DNA from: Cyanophora paradoxa CCMP329
Taxonomy: Eukaryota; Plantae; Glaucophyta
Reading direction: 5' to 3'
Length of the DNA stretch: 64,000 nucleotides
Assembly (NCBI GenBank): GCA_004431415.1
Contig: QPMI01000499.1
Location: forward strand, 62,001 to 126,000
Shown here: in pieces, positions 37,101 to 50,525 of the stretch
How positions within the stretch are numbered: the stretch's first letter is position 1
How the letters are laid out: every line of letters starts with the position of its first letter
Position numbers and translations under genes: made by a program
The notes under the pieces: generated by a model
Database searches by the model: none
Told to the model about the DNA's origin: nothing
Seen by the model: the letters and a program-made list of their open reading frames with translations, nothing else

Positions 37101-40100
37101 GCTCTTCTAGATCTGAGCTCTTGAGCTTTCCGCAGATCACTATCAACAACCCAACTACTCCAGTGCAAGCGGGGTCAGCCGTGGTGGCAAGTAGTCTTTA
37201 CGCTTTCGTCAAAATATCTTCCGTTTCGCCTGCCGTGGGACCCCTTGCTGGAGGTAGCCGGAGACCTCTCTCGAAACGCCGGTCCTTCGGTTCACTCCCA
37301 TCACGCAGGTAACATCGTGACGATCCTCGGCACGTTCAGCCAAGTCACGAGTGCGGCGAACGTGAGAACGGTGCTCTTTGGCGCCAACGCGGTGCGTCTT
37401 GTCCCTGGTAGAACTTTAGTTGCCTTGCGATGAAACGGCAGGCGAATGTAATCTCCGCAACCTCGACGGGAATCGTTGTCACAGCGCCCGCCGCGGTCAC
37501 CGCTTTCTGTTCATTTCAGACCGTACCTTCGCCGCCTGCTCACGTGCACGCACTGCGGCAGGCGTCCTCTGGTTCCGTGACCCTGTCAGTCACCTTGACT
37601 TCGGGTGGTCTTGATGGCAACGCGACCACGAAAGCGACCGCGTACTCGTACAACGTGGCCGGCTCCATCTCGACGGTGGGTGCAATTCGCCTCCCTGCCG
37701 TCCTAGCGCGCTGACCGGTGTTTTGCGAGGACAGGTCGCACCTGTCAACGGGCCGCTGCTGGGAGGAGCTCGCACGACCGTCACGGGCACCAACATTGGC
37801 AGGTAGGGAGTTGTCCCAAGAGAGCCCGCTCCCGCTTGACCGATTCCTTCGCAGCGGTTCGGATATCACGGCCGTGCTCTTTGGGGGCGAAAACTCGACA
37901 ATCGTTAGCCAGACATCCAGGCAGGTCCCTGTCCGCAAACATTTCCGAAATCATCTTGACCGCCTGCGCGCAGCGAGGTCGTCGTCGACACGGGCCCGGG
38001 CAGCGCGGCCGGCACGGTCAGCGTCTCAGTGGTCTCCACGGCGTTCGGCACTTCGACCAAGGCGGCCTCGTACACCTTTGGTTCGTCGTGGTAAAACGCG
38101 ATGCGCATTCGATGCGCTCACGTGTTTGTCCTCCAGCTTCCATCACAAGCGTGACCCCGGACAACGGCCCGACAACGGGCGGGAACTCTGTGCGTCCAGA
38201 CACGAGCATGTGTGAGCTCGGGAAGTTTTACGGTTTCTAACTTTTTACGCAGGTCACCATCGTCGGGTCGCTGGCCGACGCCGCGCAGGCGAGCGACCTC
38301 GTCGTCAAGCTCGGGACCCTGGCAGCCACCATCACCGATTTCAGCGTTGTGGGGGGCACTAGCACCGTGACCGTCACTGCGCCTTCTGCCGTCGGCCAGA
38401 CTGTCACCACGGACGTTGAGGTGACCATCAAGGGCCAGAGCCCCGTCACCGCGTTCGATGGCTACATCTTCCAGCGCATCGCCTCTGTCGAACCGGCCAA
38501 CGGTGCTCGTGCTAAAAATCTGCAACGTGCCCTCGAATCTGACCCCACTTCTTTCTAGGGCCGCTCGCCGGTGGCAACTCGGTCACCCTCGTCGGGCAGC
38601 TGCGCGTCTCATCCCCGTCGCAGTGCGTCATCGCGCTCAGCGGACAGCTCACTGGCACCGTCACCCCCACGTCCATCGCGACCCTGGGGTCGAGCAAAGG
38701 GGTCGTCTTCACCGTGCCAGGGGGAGCAGCCGCACAGGGCACCGTCAACGTCGCGCTCTCCATCAACGGCGGCTCTGCGCTGACGGCGACTTAGTGCGCG
38801 CCCTCGAGTTGCCACCTTCGCTTCTTTCCTGACCGCTCCGCAGCACGTTGAATCCTGCCGCGGTGATCACGAGCGTATCTCCCACCACGGGGCCGATTGC
38901 AGGCGGCGTGCGCGTCACAATCACGGGAACCAACCTCAACAATGGCTCCGACATCGTCAGTGTGACTCTCAACGGCGTCCAGGCTTCAGTGTTTTCGGTG
39001 CGCATGCGCGCTAACTTTTCTTCCACGACGCTTGTCCGCTGACCTCCTTTCTCGTGCAGCAATCTGCCACGCAAGTCGTGGCGGTGACTGGCGCGACCCC
39101 GCTCTCGACGGCGAACGGATTCGCAGCGGTTGTCACGACGTCGACGGCGTTCGGCGTGGCGACGCTGCCGAGCTCGTACGCGTATATCGGCGTCTCGTCG
39201 CTCCTCCCCGCCTCCGGTTCGCGTGCTCGTCTCTTTCTTTCTCTCGCGAGCGGGCCGAAGCCGCCTCGTTGACGCCGCCCGCAGGCCCCGGAACGAACAT
39301 GAACCGAGTCACGATCTTCGGCTCCTTCTTTGGCTTCTCGTCCCCGTCCCAAGTCGTGGCCACGGTGGGCGGCAGCGCCGCGACGGTCGACGTGGCGCAG
39401 AGCGGCTTCATCATCATGCGCACGGCGGTAATCAGCTCTCTAGGCAGACGGCTGCTTCCGCGCGTGCCGCTGACCGCTCGTTACGCAGGCCCAGCCGGCG
39501 ATCAACACGAACGAGGCGGTCTCCATCACGACGACTGCCGGCGGCGCGCCGACCATCTCGCCAGTCAACTTTGCGTACCTGAACGTCACCACCGTCGTGC
39601 CCGCTCGCGGGCCGCGCGCCGGCGGGGTGTGCACTGCTACTCCCCAGCTCCTGCCTTGTCTGTCTGACGAAGACGCCAGAACTCGGTCACGCTCACGGGT
39701 TGTTTCGGCACGGCCGCGACAACCGGCAATACCGCCGTCAGCGTCCAGAGCAGCGCCGCCGCCGTCGTCTCCGTCAGCTCTAGCCAGGCGAGTCGCGCGT
39801 CGCTCATTCGAATTCCGTAGCCACATGCCACTCACCTTGCGCTTCTCCAGGTCGTTGTTAGGCCGGCAGCGGGCACAGCTGGCGCAGCAACGATCGCCGT
39901 CACGGTGCCCTTCCTCGTTTGCTTTACTGTTCTTGCCCTAAGAGGCCCGCAGGTTGCCAACGGCTACACTCTGAGCGTCTCCGGCCTCTACACCTTGATG
40001 CAAGGTCCGTGGTCATCGCCCGTCGAGCGCGTCTCGAGCTCACCCGCGCGGTGCTGCAGACCCCTCGATCAACGCGGCGTCCATCACGCCGGCGTCCGGC

Positions 40101-43100
40101 CCCTGGTCCGGCGGCACGTCGGTCAGCCTCACGGGCACCAACCTCGGCTCCGGCACCGACATCTTCAGCGTGACCGTCGGCGTAAGCAGCCCCTTCCTGG
40201 TTCGCGCTGAAAAAGGCTGAAAGCTAAAGCCGTCTGTCTGGCAGGGCGTGCCCGCGGCGTCGATCACGTCGCAGACCGACTCGGGCGTGACCTTCGTCAC
40301 GGGCTCGCTGGCCTCGCCGTCGCTGGGCGGCCGCAAGGACATCGTCGTCACGTCGCTCTTCTTCGGCAACGCCACCGCGGCAAACGCCTTCGCGTACACC
40401 GCCATCTCGTCCGTCGTGCCGTCCTCCGGGCCGGTGGGCGGCTCGAATGCGGTGAGCCTTTCCCTGCGAAGCGCATTCAGTCTTTCGGTTGTCGGATCGA
40501 CCGACTTTCTTCCGCAGATCACTCTGCTCGGGTACTTCGGGCTTACCGGTATTGCGGACGTAACGACGTCGACGGTCGGAGGGAGCGCAGCGACTGTCAG
40601 CAGCGTTGACTTCTCTTCGTCCCCGGAGAAGATCGTCCTGTCGCAGCCGGCGGTGGCGCAGTCCGCCGGCGCCGCCACCGTCTCCGTCGCCATTCGAGGC
40701 GGTGCGGCGGTCACGGCGACCTACGCCTACACCGAGATCACATCCATCTCGCCGGCCACGGGTCCCATCGATGCGACCGTCGTCGTCACCATCTCCGGAT
40801 CGTTCGGTTCAGCCACGGCGAGCACCGTGCAGGTGACCGTCAACGGCACGCGGGCCGGCATCAACAGCGCCAGCGGCACTCAGATCGTCGCCCGCTTCCC
40901 TGCGTCGTCCGTTGCGGGCGCCGTCGACGTCGCGGTGACCGTCTCGGGCGGCCTGGCGACCACATCGGTGAACGGCTTCGGCTACGTGGCCGTGACCTCG
41001 GTCGACAAGGCCTCGGCGCCGCCGAACTCGCCGCTGAGCGTCGTCGTGTCCGGCACGTTCCCGGGCCTCTCATCGAACTCCGGCGCCGCCGTCCTCTTCC
41101 AAGGTGTCGCCGCGACCATCACAGCCGTGACGGCCTCGTCCATCACCGCCACCCTGCCCGCGGCGGGCGTGTCGGCGGGCCCGGCCGACGTTTCCGTGCA
41201 GCTCCTGCAGCCGAACGCCGGCGTGGCGCACGTCGCCTCGGCGCCCTTCGCCTACCTGCAGATCGACTCCATCGTCCCCGCGACGGGCCCCAAGGCCGGC
41301 GGCAACACCGTCACGCTCAACGGCGTCTTCCCCGGCGCATCGCTCTCGCCGGCCCCGACCGTGCGCGCGCCGTAGCTGCCACAATTCCGCTGCTGTCCTT
41401 GTCAACGCCTTCGTTGCCCGCAGGTCACCCTCTTCGGCTCGGCAGCCTCGGCGGTCCTCTCCGTCTCCTCCAGCAGGATCGTCTTCACGGCGCCGGCTCT
41501 GTCGACGACGGGCCTCGGCTCCTCCACCGTCGCCCTCCGCTACGCCGGCGCCGCCGCCGACGGCTTACCGGCGACCCTCTCGAACGGCTACACGTCGGTG
41601 GAGATCACGTCGGTCACGCCGCAGGCCGTCCCCTCGGCCGGCGGCGCGTCCGTGACGCTTGCCGGGTCCTTCATGGGCGCGGCGGCCCAGTCGGACGTCG
41701 CGGTCACCGTGAACGGCACGAGCGCGACCATCGTCTCCGCGAGCGCGACGGAGGTCGTGTTCACGGCTCCGGCCGGCGTCTCCGCCGGCAGCGTCCCCGT
41801 CCTCCTCCGCCTGAAGGGCGGCGCTCCCGTGTCGGCTCCGTCCCAGCTCATCTACTCCTGTGCGCTTCTCCGTTTTCCCTCTTTTCTTGCTTCCGCCCGC
41901 TTGCGCGCTCACGCCTCCTGCTTTTCCGCAGCGATCGCCATCACGTCTGTGGTGCCGAACAACGGGCCGGCCGCCGGTGGCAACACCGTCACGATCAACG
42001 GCGCCAGCCTCACCATTTCGGCGACCCCGACCGTCAAGCTCGCCAACGTCGCCGTCGCTTCCGTCACGGTGCGCTTCCCTCGCTGTTACTGTGGTTGCAA
42101 AAGAAGGATGGCTAAGTGTTAAGCGCCTCGCAGAGCTCCTCTTCGACAAGCATTGTGGTTGTCGCAGCCGCGGGCTCGGGCACTGGCGACGTATACGTGT
42201 TCAGCAGCGACACGGGGAGCGCGACTCTGGCGGGCGGGTACACGTACAACGCCGGCTCCTGCACGATCGTGAGCGCCTTTCAGCCCTCTGTTTTCCTTGC
42301 GCTGAAACCGTCTTCCAGACGTCGATCACCCCGAGCCGCGGTCCGCTCGTGGGTGGCAACACGGTGACAATCGACGGCGCGTCCCTCACGAACGGGGCGG
42401 ACCTGACCTCCGTCACCATCGGCGGCGTGGCGGCATCCTGCGGAACGACGACGGCGACGCGCCTGGTGTGCACCGTCGGCGACGGCACGTCGGGCGGCTC
42501 GCGGCAGGCGACGCTGGTCGTCACGTCGGCGTCGGGTGGGACGTGCCAGTCGCCCAACGCGTACTTCTACGCGCCGCCCAACGCCATCACGAGCGTCGTG
42601 CCCGGCGAGGGCCCCATAGCCGGCGGCACCACCGTCACGATCACCGGGTCGAACCTGTCGGACGGCCTGTCCGACGTCGACGTGACGAGCGTCCAGTACG
42701 GCGGCGTCCCCGTCGAGAGGGTCGAGTCCGCGTCGTCGACGCGGGTCGTCGTCGTGACCGCCAACTCGGCGGCGGCGGGTTCGCCGCCCGTCACGGTGGA
42801 CGTCGTCCTCGTCTCGGCCGTCCACGGCACCGCCACCCTCGCCAGCGCCTTTAAGTTCAACCCCCGTGCGCCCGACCCGCGCCCAAATTATTTTTAGCCG
42901 CGCATTCCTGATCCGCCTCCTCCGTCTCCGCAGCGGGCGCCATCACTTCCGTGACGCCGGCGGAGGGCCCGCTCCGCGGGGGCGTCCCCGCGGACCACGC
43001 GTACCTCTCGGTCACGGTGCAGGGCACGAACCTGTGCAGCGGCGTCAGCGACGTCTGGGCCGCCACCCTCGCCGGCATCCCCATCCTGCGGGCGAGCGCT

Positions 43101-44208
43101 AGCTAGCCCTTTGAACGGCCCCGATCGATCGCTGCGTGGCTCACGCGCGCGCGTGCAGGTCGTCTCCGCGAGCACGACGCAGATCGTGGTGGTCCCCGGC
43201 TCGGCGAACGCGACGGCGACGGGCCCCGTGGTCGTCACGAGCGCCGCCTACGGCGTGACCACCTCGGCGGCCACGTACACGATCAACCCGCTCCCCGTTA
43301 TCTCCGGCGTCTCCCCCTCCTCGGGCCTCATCACCGGCGGCGACAGTGCGTCCCCCGTTCGTTCGTTCGCCTTGGCGCGGCCCGCACGCTCACGTCGCGC
43401 AGACATCACGATCAGCGGCGCGAACCTCGCGCACGACGCGGCGGACCTCATCTACGTCCGGGTGAAGGGCGTGGCCGTCGCTGCCGTCGTCTCCGCCTCG
43501 GCGACCCAGATCGTCGTCACGACGGGCGACGGCACGCCCGGCGGCCCCGCCGCGTGGGGCTCCGGCGCCGTCTCGACCCTCTCCCGCGCCTTCGGCTACG
43601 CGGCCAGCGCTGCGGACCTCTTCCTCTACCTCCCGACCGTCTCCATCGTCGTGACGGGCGCCGGGCCCGACCTCTGGAGCGTCGGCTCGACGGCGCCCGT
43701 GCGGTGGGTCTGGAGCGGCACCATCCCGACCGTCAACGTCGTTGTGGAGAGCTGCGCCAGTTCCGCCGTCGTCGAGACGGTCGCCAGCAACGCGATCAAC
43801 GTCGGGACGCTCTCGCTCGTCGTCCCGTACGTGTCGCCGTCGGTCGGCACGGTGCGCGTGCGCGTCTCCTCGGGTCAGGACGACCGCGTCTTCGGCCTCT
43901 CCGCGTGCCGCCTCGTCGTCGGGCAGAGCACGACCTCCACCGTCATCGAACCCATCTCCTCCACCTCCGCCACTAAAAGCACGCCCGTCCGCATCCGCTG
44001 GTACCCGTCCGCCAGCGCCGGGCTCTCCGTCAACGTCGTCCTCCGGAGCGCGACGGACGGCACGACGCTCGCGACGCTCGCGTCGAACGTGCCAAACTCG
44101 GGCGCGCTCACCGCGACGCTCCCCAACGTCAGCGGCAACGCGTACGTCGAGGTGCTCCCGGCAGCGGGCCCCGGAGTCTCGGTCGCCGCCACTTTCGCCA
44201 TCTCGTGA
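31129..44208 (+). CDS. Giant secreted IPT/TIG-repeat protein (34 repeats counted) ending in two Kre9/Knh1-N-like beta modules
   Basis: Signal peptide (VWAATLILLISLASSVHG) and recurrent ITSVxPxxGPxxGGNxVTIxG units across dozens of short introns. C-terminal WSVGSTAPVRW..NVGTLSLVVP and TPVRIRW..NSGALTATLP; no TM before TGA 44208. Confidence 0.85.
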
Positions 44209-45011
44209 GGCCCCGGCCCCGCGTTCGGTGTACAGCGCAGGGCGTAGGTTAGGGCAGGGCAGGGAGGCTGTAGCTAGCAGATAGTGCAGGGAACGTATGG
44301 CCCGCTTTTGGGGCGTCTCTATTTTTGAGTTTCAATCAAGCAGTTATCGCGCGCGAAGTCCCACGCTTCGATCGCGAGGATCCATGGTGGAATGCATATG
44401 GGGGGAGGGAGCTCGAAGGGGGGGTGTACGGTTTTTTTTGGGGGGGGGGGGTTGCACGTGGCCATGGGGTGCGCGGATCATGGTCATATGCATGATCATG
44501 ACCGTCGGACGTCCACGTAATATAAGCGTCGACGTTACGTTTCAATTTCAAGCAACTGGCAGTTGCAATTTCGACTCACACTGTGACTGTCTGTGACACT
44601 GACGTCGACGAGTCCGACGGTGCAGTCGACGTGTGACACGAGTCAATTGCCGCAGTGCAATTACGTGCCACGGTACCGGTGTATCGATCATGATCATGAT
44701 CATGATCATGATCCGATGATCCGATGATCAGGATATCGATCATGACTCAGTGAATCATTCGCAAAAGGATTGCAGCACGCAGCTGCAGCGTTCTTGCCAC
44801 TTCAATCGAATATATTAATCTTGAGCTTTACTGAGTCAGCCTCCAGCTTGCTTTGATCATGCCATGATCATGATGAATCAGCAATACCCATCAAGGTCGC
44901 CCTGCAGAATGCCGAATTTCGGATTTAAAACTAATCCTAAACTCACACACTAGTACTGACTACTCGGGACAAAAACCGAATAGTGGACCCGGGGAACTGC
45001 GCCGGCGCCGG

Positions 45012-48000
45012 CTACGTCCAGCCGTTGGGGAGCGGGGGGGCGAAGTCGCGGAGGAGCGCCACGCTGGCGGTCGGGGCGAGCGCGTGCCACGCCTCCGGCA
45101 GCTCCGCCGTGCCCCGCGTGAACTGAGCGAGAGAATAAGTAGAGGCGGTTGACTTCGATCTGGAAAAGAAAGAAGTTGTAGTTTCGATTTGTCGCATCCG
45201 ACCACCCAAATTTAAGACGAGAGCTTATAAATAAGGCGAACCATGACTGAGTCGAAAATGTAGGACTCGCCCCGCCCGAGCGGGGCGAAGCGCTCGCTGG
45301 CGACGAGGAGGTAGTAGTCGGCCCGGATGTAGAGGTCCCGCACCCGGGACAGCGCCTCCTAATCAGAAGAAGGCGCATTGGAATCAGAAGGACGGGCGGG
45401 GCGGGGCCGGGGAGGCGCCAGCGCTCGCCTTGAAGCGGGGGCGGGAGGGGGCGGCGCCGGTGGCCCAGTCGACCCAGCCGGCGTCCTCCCGCAGGTGCAC
45501 CACGAAGTTCTGCTCGCACCTGCGCACGCAGGCTCAGGTGGCTCAGATGGCTCGGATCGCTCGGGGCCGGCTCAGGCGCACTCGGTGCCGGCACACTCGG
45601 GGGGGTAGTACTCGGTCGAGTTGCGGGCGGGGCCCCCGATCGAGGGGTCCCGCGCGACGGACAGGCTCAGCGCGACGCTCCCGCCCAGGAAGCCCCCGGC
45701 CTGCACGAGCGAAAGAGATCAGAGCTAGCCTCGCGTCGCGAAGCGCAGAGGCCCGAGCGACGCCGAAGCAGCGTTCACACGCACCGACCACTTGCGGACG
45801 CTTCGGGGCTCGTTTCCCGCGATCTAAAAATAGCCGTGAGGGGGGTACAGTGCGGTTCGGAAGGGGTACGGCCGGCCGCACCAGGATGACGTCATGCATC
45901 TCGCGGGGCACGCGCGTCACGGGGTACGGCGCGCCGTGGGTCACGCTGCAGGGCACGGCCACGCCGGCGCCCGTGCAGGCGACGGAGAGGCAGTGCACGT
46001 CGGGTCCCTCGACGGAGAGGCTCCCGTCCACCGCGCTGCACCGGCAGGCGACCGTTCCTCCGTCCAGGTCCGCGCAGGACACAGATGGCCCGTCGATGCT
46101 TCCCCCTCCTCGCGCCGCGGAGCACGTGCAGTCGACCGGCGTCGCGTTGCGCGCCGGGACGTAGAGGTAGGGGGGTACGGGCAACGGGCCCAGCGTCGTG
46201 TACCCCTCGATGCCCCCCGTGAGCCCCTCGGGCTTCAGCAGGTGCAGCGCGTAGTCGATGAACCCTGCGAGGACCCCGGTTCGAATCCGGCCGGTGCCAC
46301 TTTCCAAAAAGAGAAGACTTTTCGCACCGCCGTAGGACTCGTTGACGAGGGACAGGGCGGCCAGGAGCGCCTCGGGGGCCCGCACGTACGCGATCTGAGG
46401 CGCGAGTATAATTATCAGAGGCGAAGAAAAGGGACGGGCGCCGAGACGGGGAGGGGATCACTAGGACCAGAAGAATTCGGGGGCGCGGGAGCGGGCCGGC
46501 GGGCGGGCGGGCGGGCGGGGAGCGCAAGATTTTAAACCCCAAGGAACGGAGCGGCACTCATATGAACTAAAGGAATCCGAGAAGTTCGGAGCGGGGGGCG
46601 GGAGGCGGGGGGCGGGGCGCGCCTCGGACGGGTCCTCGTCCAGGGGCGCGGCGTCCTGCAGCACCAGGTACTCCGAGCTCCTGCGAAGAAGAAGAAGAAG
46701 ACATGAAAGAAGGAGGAGGGGGAGGAGAATTGATCCGCGCTCCGATCCGTCCGACGCGCGAGCTTAGGCGGCGGCGGCGGCGCGTGCGCACGTACCCCTC
46801 CCACTGGACCTCCCCGATGCCGCCGACGGCGCCGCCCAGCGGCACGGGCGAGTCTGCGCGGGGGCAGTTCGGGTCGGGGCAGGGCGGGACACGGCTGAGG
46901 CAAGGGCTCTGCCGGCGAGGAAGCGAAGGCCAGGGATGGGGGCTGAGCTTGGGCTAGGGCGGGGGTGGTTGCTACGTTGGGGTGGGGGGGTGGGGGGTGG
47001 GTGGGGTGGTTGCTACGTTGGGTGGTGTGTGTGTGTGTGTGTGTGTGTGGGGGGGGGGGAGAAGAGGGGAGGGGAGGGGGAAAGGGAAGAGGGGCAAAGC
47101 TGCTGACGGCCTCTGCAAATATGCTAAGCGAAGGCGCGCGAAGCCAACGGGCGGGCCCGAGGGCTTAGGGTGGGGGGGTGGGGGTCGGTGTGTGTGCGCG
47201 CGCGTGTGTGTGTGTGTGTGTGGTATAGGGGGGTACCGGCGAGGAAGTGCTCGGGGTGGACGGAGCGGTCGAGGACGGGCACGACGTACGCCTCCTGCAG
47301 CTCTGCGCGCGGGCCCGGTCCCGCCCTCAGCGACGGGATCGCGCGTCAAGCCCGCGGGCCGCCTCTCAAAGTTCCTAAAACTTGGGAAACTCAGCAAATA
47401 GGGGGCCCGCTTCGGTGATTTGGTTTCCCATGCATTGTTAGAACGGCCTTCGCTGACCCGGGGCCATCGAGCGGCAGACTGCGACGAGGGCGGCCCCCAC
47501 GCCCGCCACCGCCGTCCCGTCCCCCGCCTCCAGCGCCTGCGCCGAAAGCTCAGCGCACCCCCGGGCGAGCGAGGCGCCGAGAGCTGCTTAGGCGATGTGG
47601 CGCCAGGAGCTTCAGCTCAAGGCGGCCGCGGCGCGCGCGCTCGCTCGCCTGGGGGGTGAGGCGGCACGAGTTGTTGTGGGAGGTCCAGGCCGCCGCCTGC
47701 CCCGCCGTCGTCATGTTCGACTCCCACCCCTTCTCCCCCGCCGCTGCCGCGCAGGGCTTAGGCGCAGGGAGGGAGCAGAGGCACAGCGCCGGCGCGCGCG
47801 GGCACCGGGGATGGCGGCGAGGGGCTTGGGCAGGCTGGCCCGGCTCCGCCCCACCTTGTTCACCGCCGACACCCGCACCTGCCCGCCGCGGCCCGGCCGT
47901 CAGCGGGGTAGATAGAGCTCAAGGCTTGGATGGGGGTACGCGCCTGGAAGATCTTGCCGTGCACGAGCCGGTCGAACGTGTACTGCCCGCCCCAGTCAGA

Positions 48001-50040
48001 GAGGCGGAAGGGGGTGGATGGGGGGGGGGGGGGGTCTGAGCGTGGGCGGGGGGTACGGGACCTGGAGGTAGGGGGTGGCGGTGGTGAAGACCCCGCTCGA
48101 GTCCGGCACGAACTCGTTCTACGCGGCGCTGCGGCTCAGAGGGGGGCGGGCGAGAAAAGGCAGGAAGGGGTACTGGAATCTCGATTCTAGGCTCTTGAAC
48201 TGGGGAACGCGCGCGGGGGAAGTAAAAGCAAGGGTGGCGGGCCGGGCTCTTTGGCTGGGGTCAGGAAAGGCGGGACGGTGGCAGCTCCCGTTCCTTTCGC
48301 TATCTATCTCGGGTTAAATTTAGACAGCGGGCGGGGGTACCAGGCCCAACGTGTGGACGCGGAAGGCGGCGTCATCGTACACGAAGCCCGTCACCCGCGC
48401 CTCCCACCGCTCCTCCACCACCGTCCTCTGGTACCCCTGCGGGGGGTCAGGGGGGCGGGGGGGGGGGAAGGGGAGGGGGGAAGGAGAGGACCCACCCGGG
48501 CGCCGGGGGGCCAGCCGCTGGCGGGGGCGGGCGTGGGGAGGGAGGCGAGGGGGGTCCAGGAGCAGGCCCCGGGGGGGCACCACGAACAGGGCCCGCTCGT
48601 GCAGTTCGAGTACGAGGTTATCTGTCCCGCCACGATTCGAAAAGAAGTGAGGCGAGCGGGGTAGAGGATAAATTCGGGCCTGGTTCGGGTTGAAGCGCAG
48701 GTGGTAGTTGGTTAGGTCGATCCCCGTCGATATGAATCTGCGGGCGGGGGTATGACGTTTTGGAAGGGCGAGGGCGCGGGAGGGGGTACGCACCGCGTCC
48801 TGCTCCCGTACGGCTGCGAGACGACGGGTACGGAGGCGTTGTAGGCGGCCACGTCGACCCCGTACCCCGGCTGCGACGGCGCTCGGTATCTGCGCAGCAG
48901 AAAGCGGGGGAAGGACGGAGAGGGGGTACCGGCTTGTAGAGAACGACGGTCTGGGTCGTCTCTATGCGCTCCCAGGTCTGAAGAAGAAGCGATGAGCGAT
49001 GCGGGGGGGTACGGGGCTGCGGGGCTGCGGGGTACGGGGCGGGTGCCCTCGCACCTCGACCAGAGTGTAGTTTGCGACTCCGCTGCGAGGCGGGCGGCCG
49101 CCTCAGGTGAACTGGAATGCCGGGGCGGGGGGGGAGATGCCAGGGGGTACGCACCTCCGCTCAATGACGAAGAGCTCGATCGGCTCACCTCCGTCGAACG
49201 CGACCTTCGCAAAAGAGGCTCAAGAGTGGTACGGGTACACAAAGATGGGGAAAGAAAGGGGGGTACGGACGGTCCAGCGGACGGTGCAGGTGCTGCTGGT
49301 CGGCACGGTGGCCGCCTCCCGCACGATTGGCGTCGCCGGCACTGCACGCGTACCCCCCGGGTCGGGGCGTGGCCGAGGGAGGGGGGTACGGGAACGGCGC
49401 ACCGCTGGGGATGGTCTTGATGCGGAGTGCATCGCTCACGGGGCCTGCGACGGCCTTCCCTCAGCGCAGGCGGCAAACCCCCGCGCCCCACACTCAGCAG
49501 TGACGCGCCGCTCACGATGCCGCGGCCCTGCGGAAAGACCCTGGTGAGGGAAGGGAGAGAGGCGGAGGGGGGTACGCAGTTCTCGCGGGCGCACGGGTAC
49601 GTCCATGGACGCGGAGATGCGGAACTCGTAGAAGAAGCCGGACGTGAGCTTGGAGACGGTCGCGTTGCGTGTCATGACGCCCGGCTGCGCGATCTGGCGG
49701 AAGAGCTGCGCGTCCCCGTCCGACTGCTCCACTGTGAAGTACACGATCGCCTGCACGGGCGGGCGGGCGCGAATTCAAATATTGGAATTGCGGACGAGAG
49801 CGCACGCGTACGTGGGAGCCGAGGACGGATGGGAGCGACCAGCTGAACGAGACGTGCGTCTCTCCGAGCTCCACGAGCGCTGGGGCCGCCATCTGCCCCG
49901 GCGGCACGACCGACGCCTGGCCGTGCGCTGCGCGGCGCGTTGCGTGAAAAGCCGTGCCGCGCGAGCGGCGATCCGCGGTGCGAGGGCTACGCACCGATTG
50001 CAAGCACCGCCACCAGCGCGATAAGCGAGAGCACACGCAT
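45012..50040 (-). CDS. Secreted protein with two fibronectin-III domains and a laminin IV (laminin B)-like domain (multi-exon)
   Basis: Signal MRVLSLIALVAVLAI. Fn3 motifs VSFSWSLP..LTSGFFYEFRISA and TVRWT|VAFDGGEPI..VRVSAVNKVGRS. Laminin-IV-like YVRAPEALL..SYG..DVIL..FVVHLREDAGW..ALSRVRDLYIRADY. Confidence 0.72.
47025..47222. repeat. Two intronic (GT)n microsatellites
   Basis: GT runs at ~47025-47049 and ~47204-47222. Confidence 0.85.
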
Positions 50041-50525
50041 CTGCGGCTGCAGGCCCGGGCGCCGCTGTCCGCGCCCGCCAGCGGGCCGCTGGGACGGGCT
50101 CTGGCTACGTGCCAGCGCGGGATTTCTCCGACCTGCTCTGCCAGAACCTGTGCTGGACGACTCTAGCTACTGGCCCGACCGCTGGCCAGGCTGTTGCGCC
50201 GCTCGCACAGGCGGCCAAGGAGAGGGCCAGTCACGCGGGCCCCGAGCCGAAAGCATCAGTGGAGCCGGCTGTAGGTGCAGGCAACCCGATAGACGCCCGC
50301 GTGGCAGGTTGCGCTCGCCGGCAGCGCGCTTCAGCGCGAGCGCGATCTGAGCGCTGCGATCGGCTTCTTTGTGCGGCCGGGGCGCTGGGAGCGGTGCTTC
50401 TGGCCGGTGTCGGGAAATTCAGGAAATTGAGAAGGGGAGCTGTACCCTAGTGGCGTGCCTGACAGTCAGGTCGAACTCTCACAGAGGTCCAGTTAGGCCT
50501 GCAGCGTGGGCTGCTCTTTCGCACA

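Noticed and set aside
47614-47925. Insertion flanked by AGCTCAAGGC direct repeats
   Set aside because: The interval contains needed minus-strand exons (VRVSAVNKVGRS..., GWESNMTT...); coincidental.
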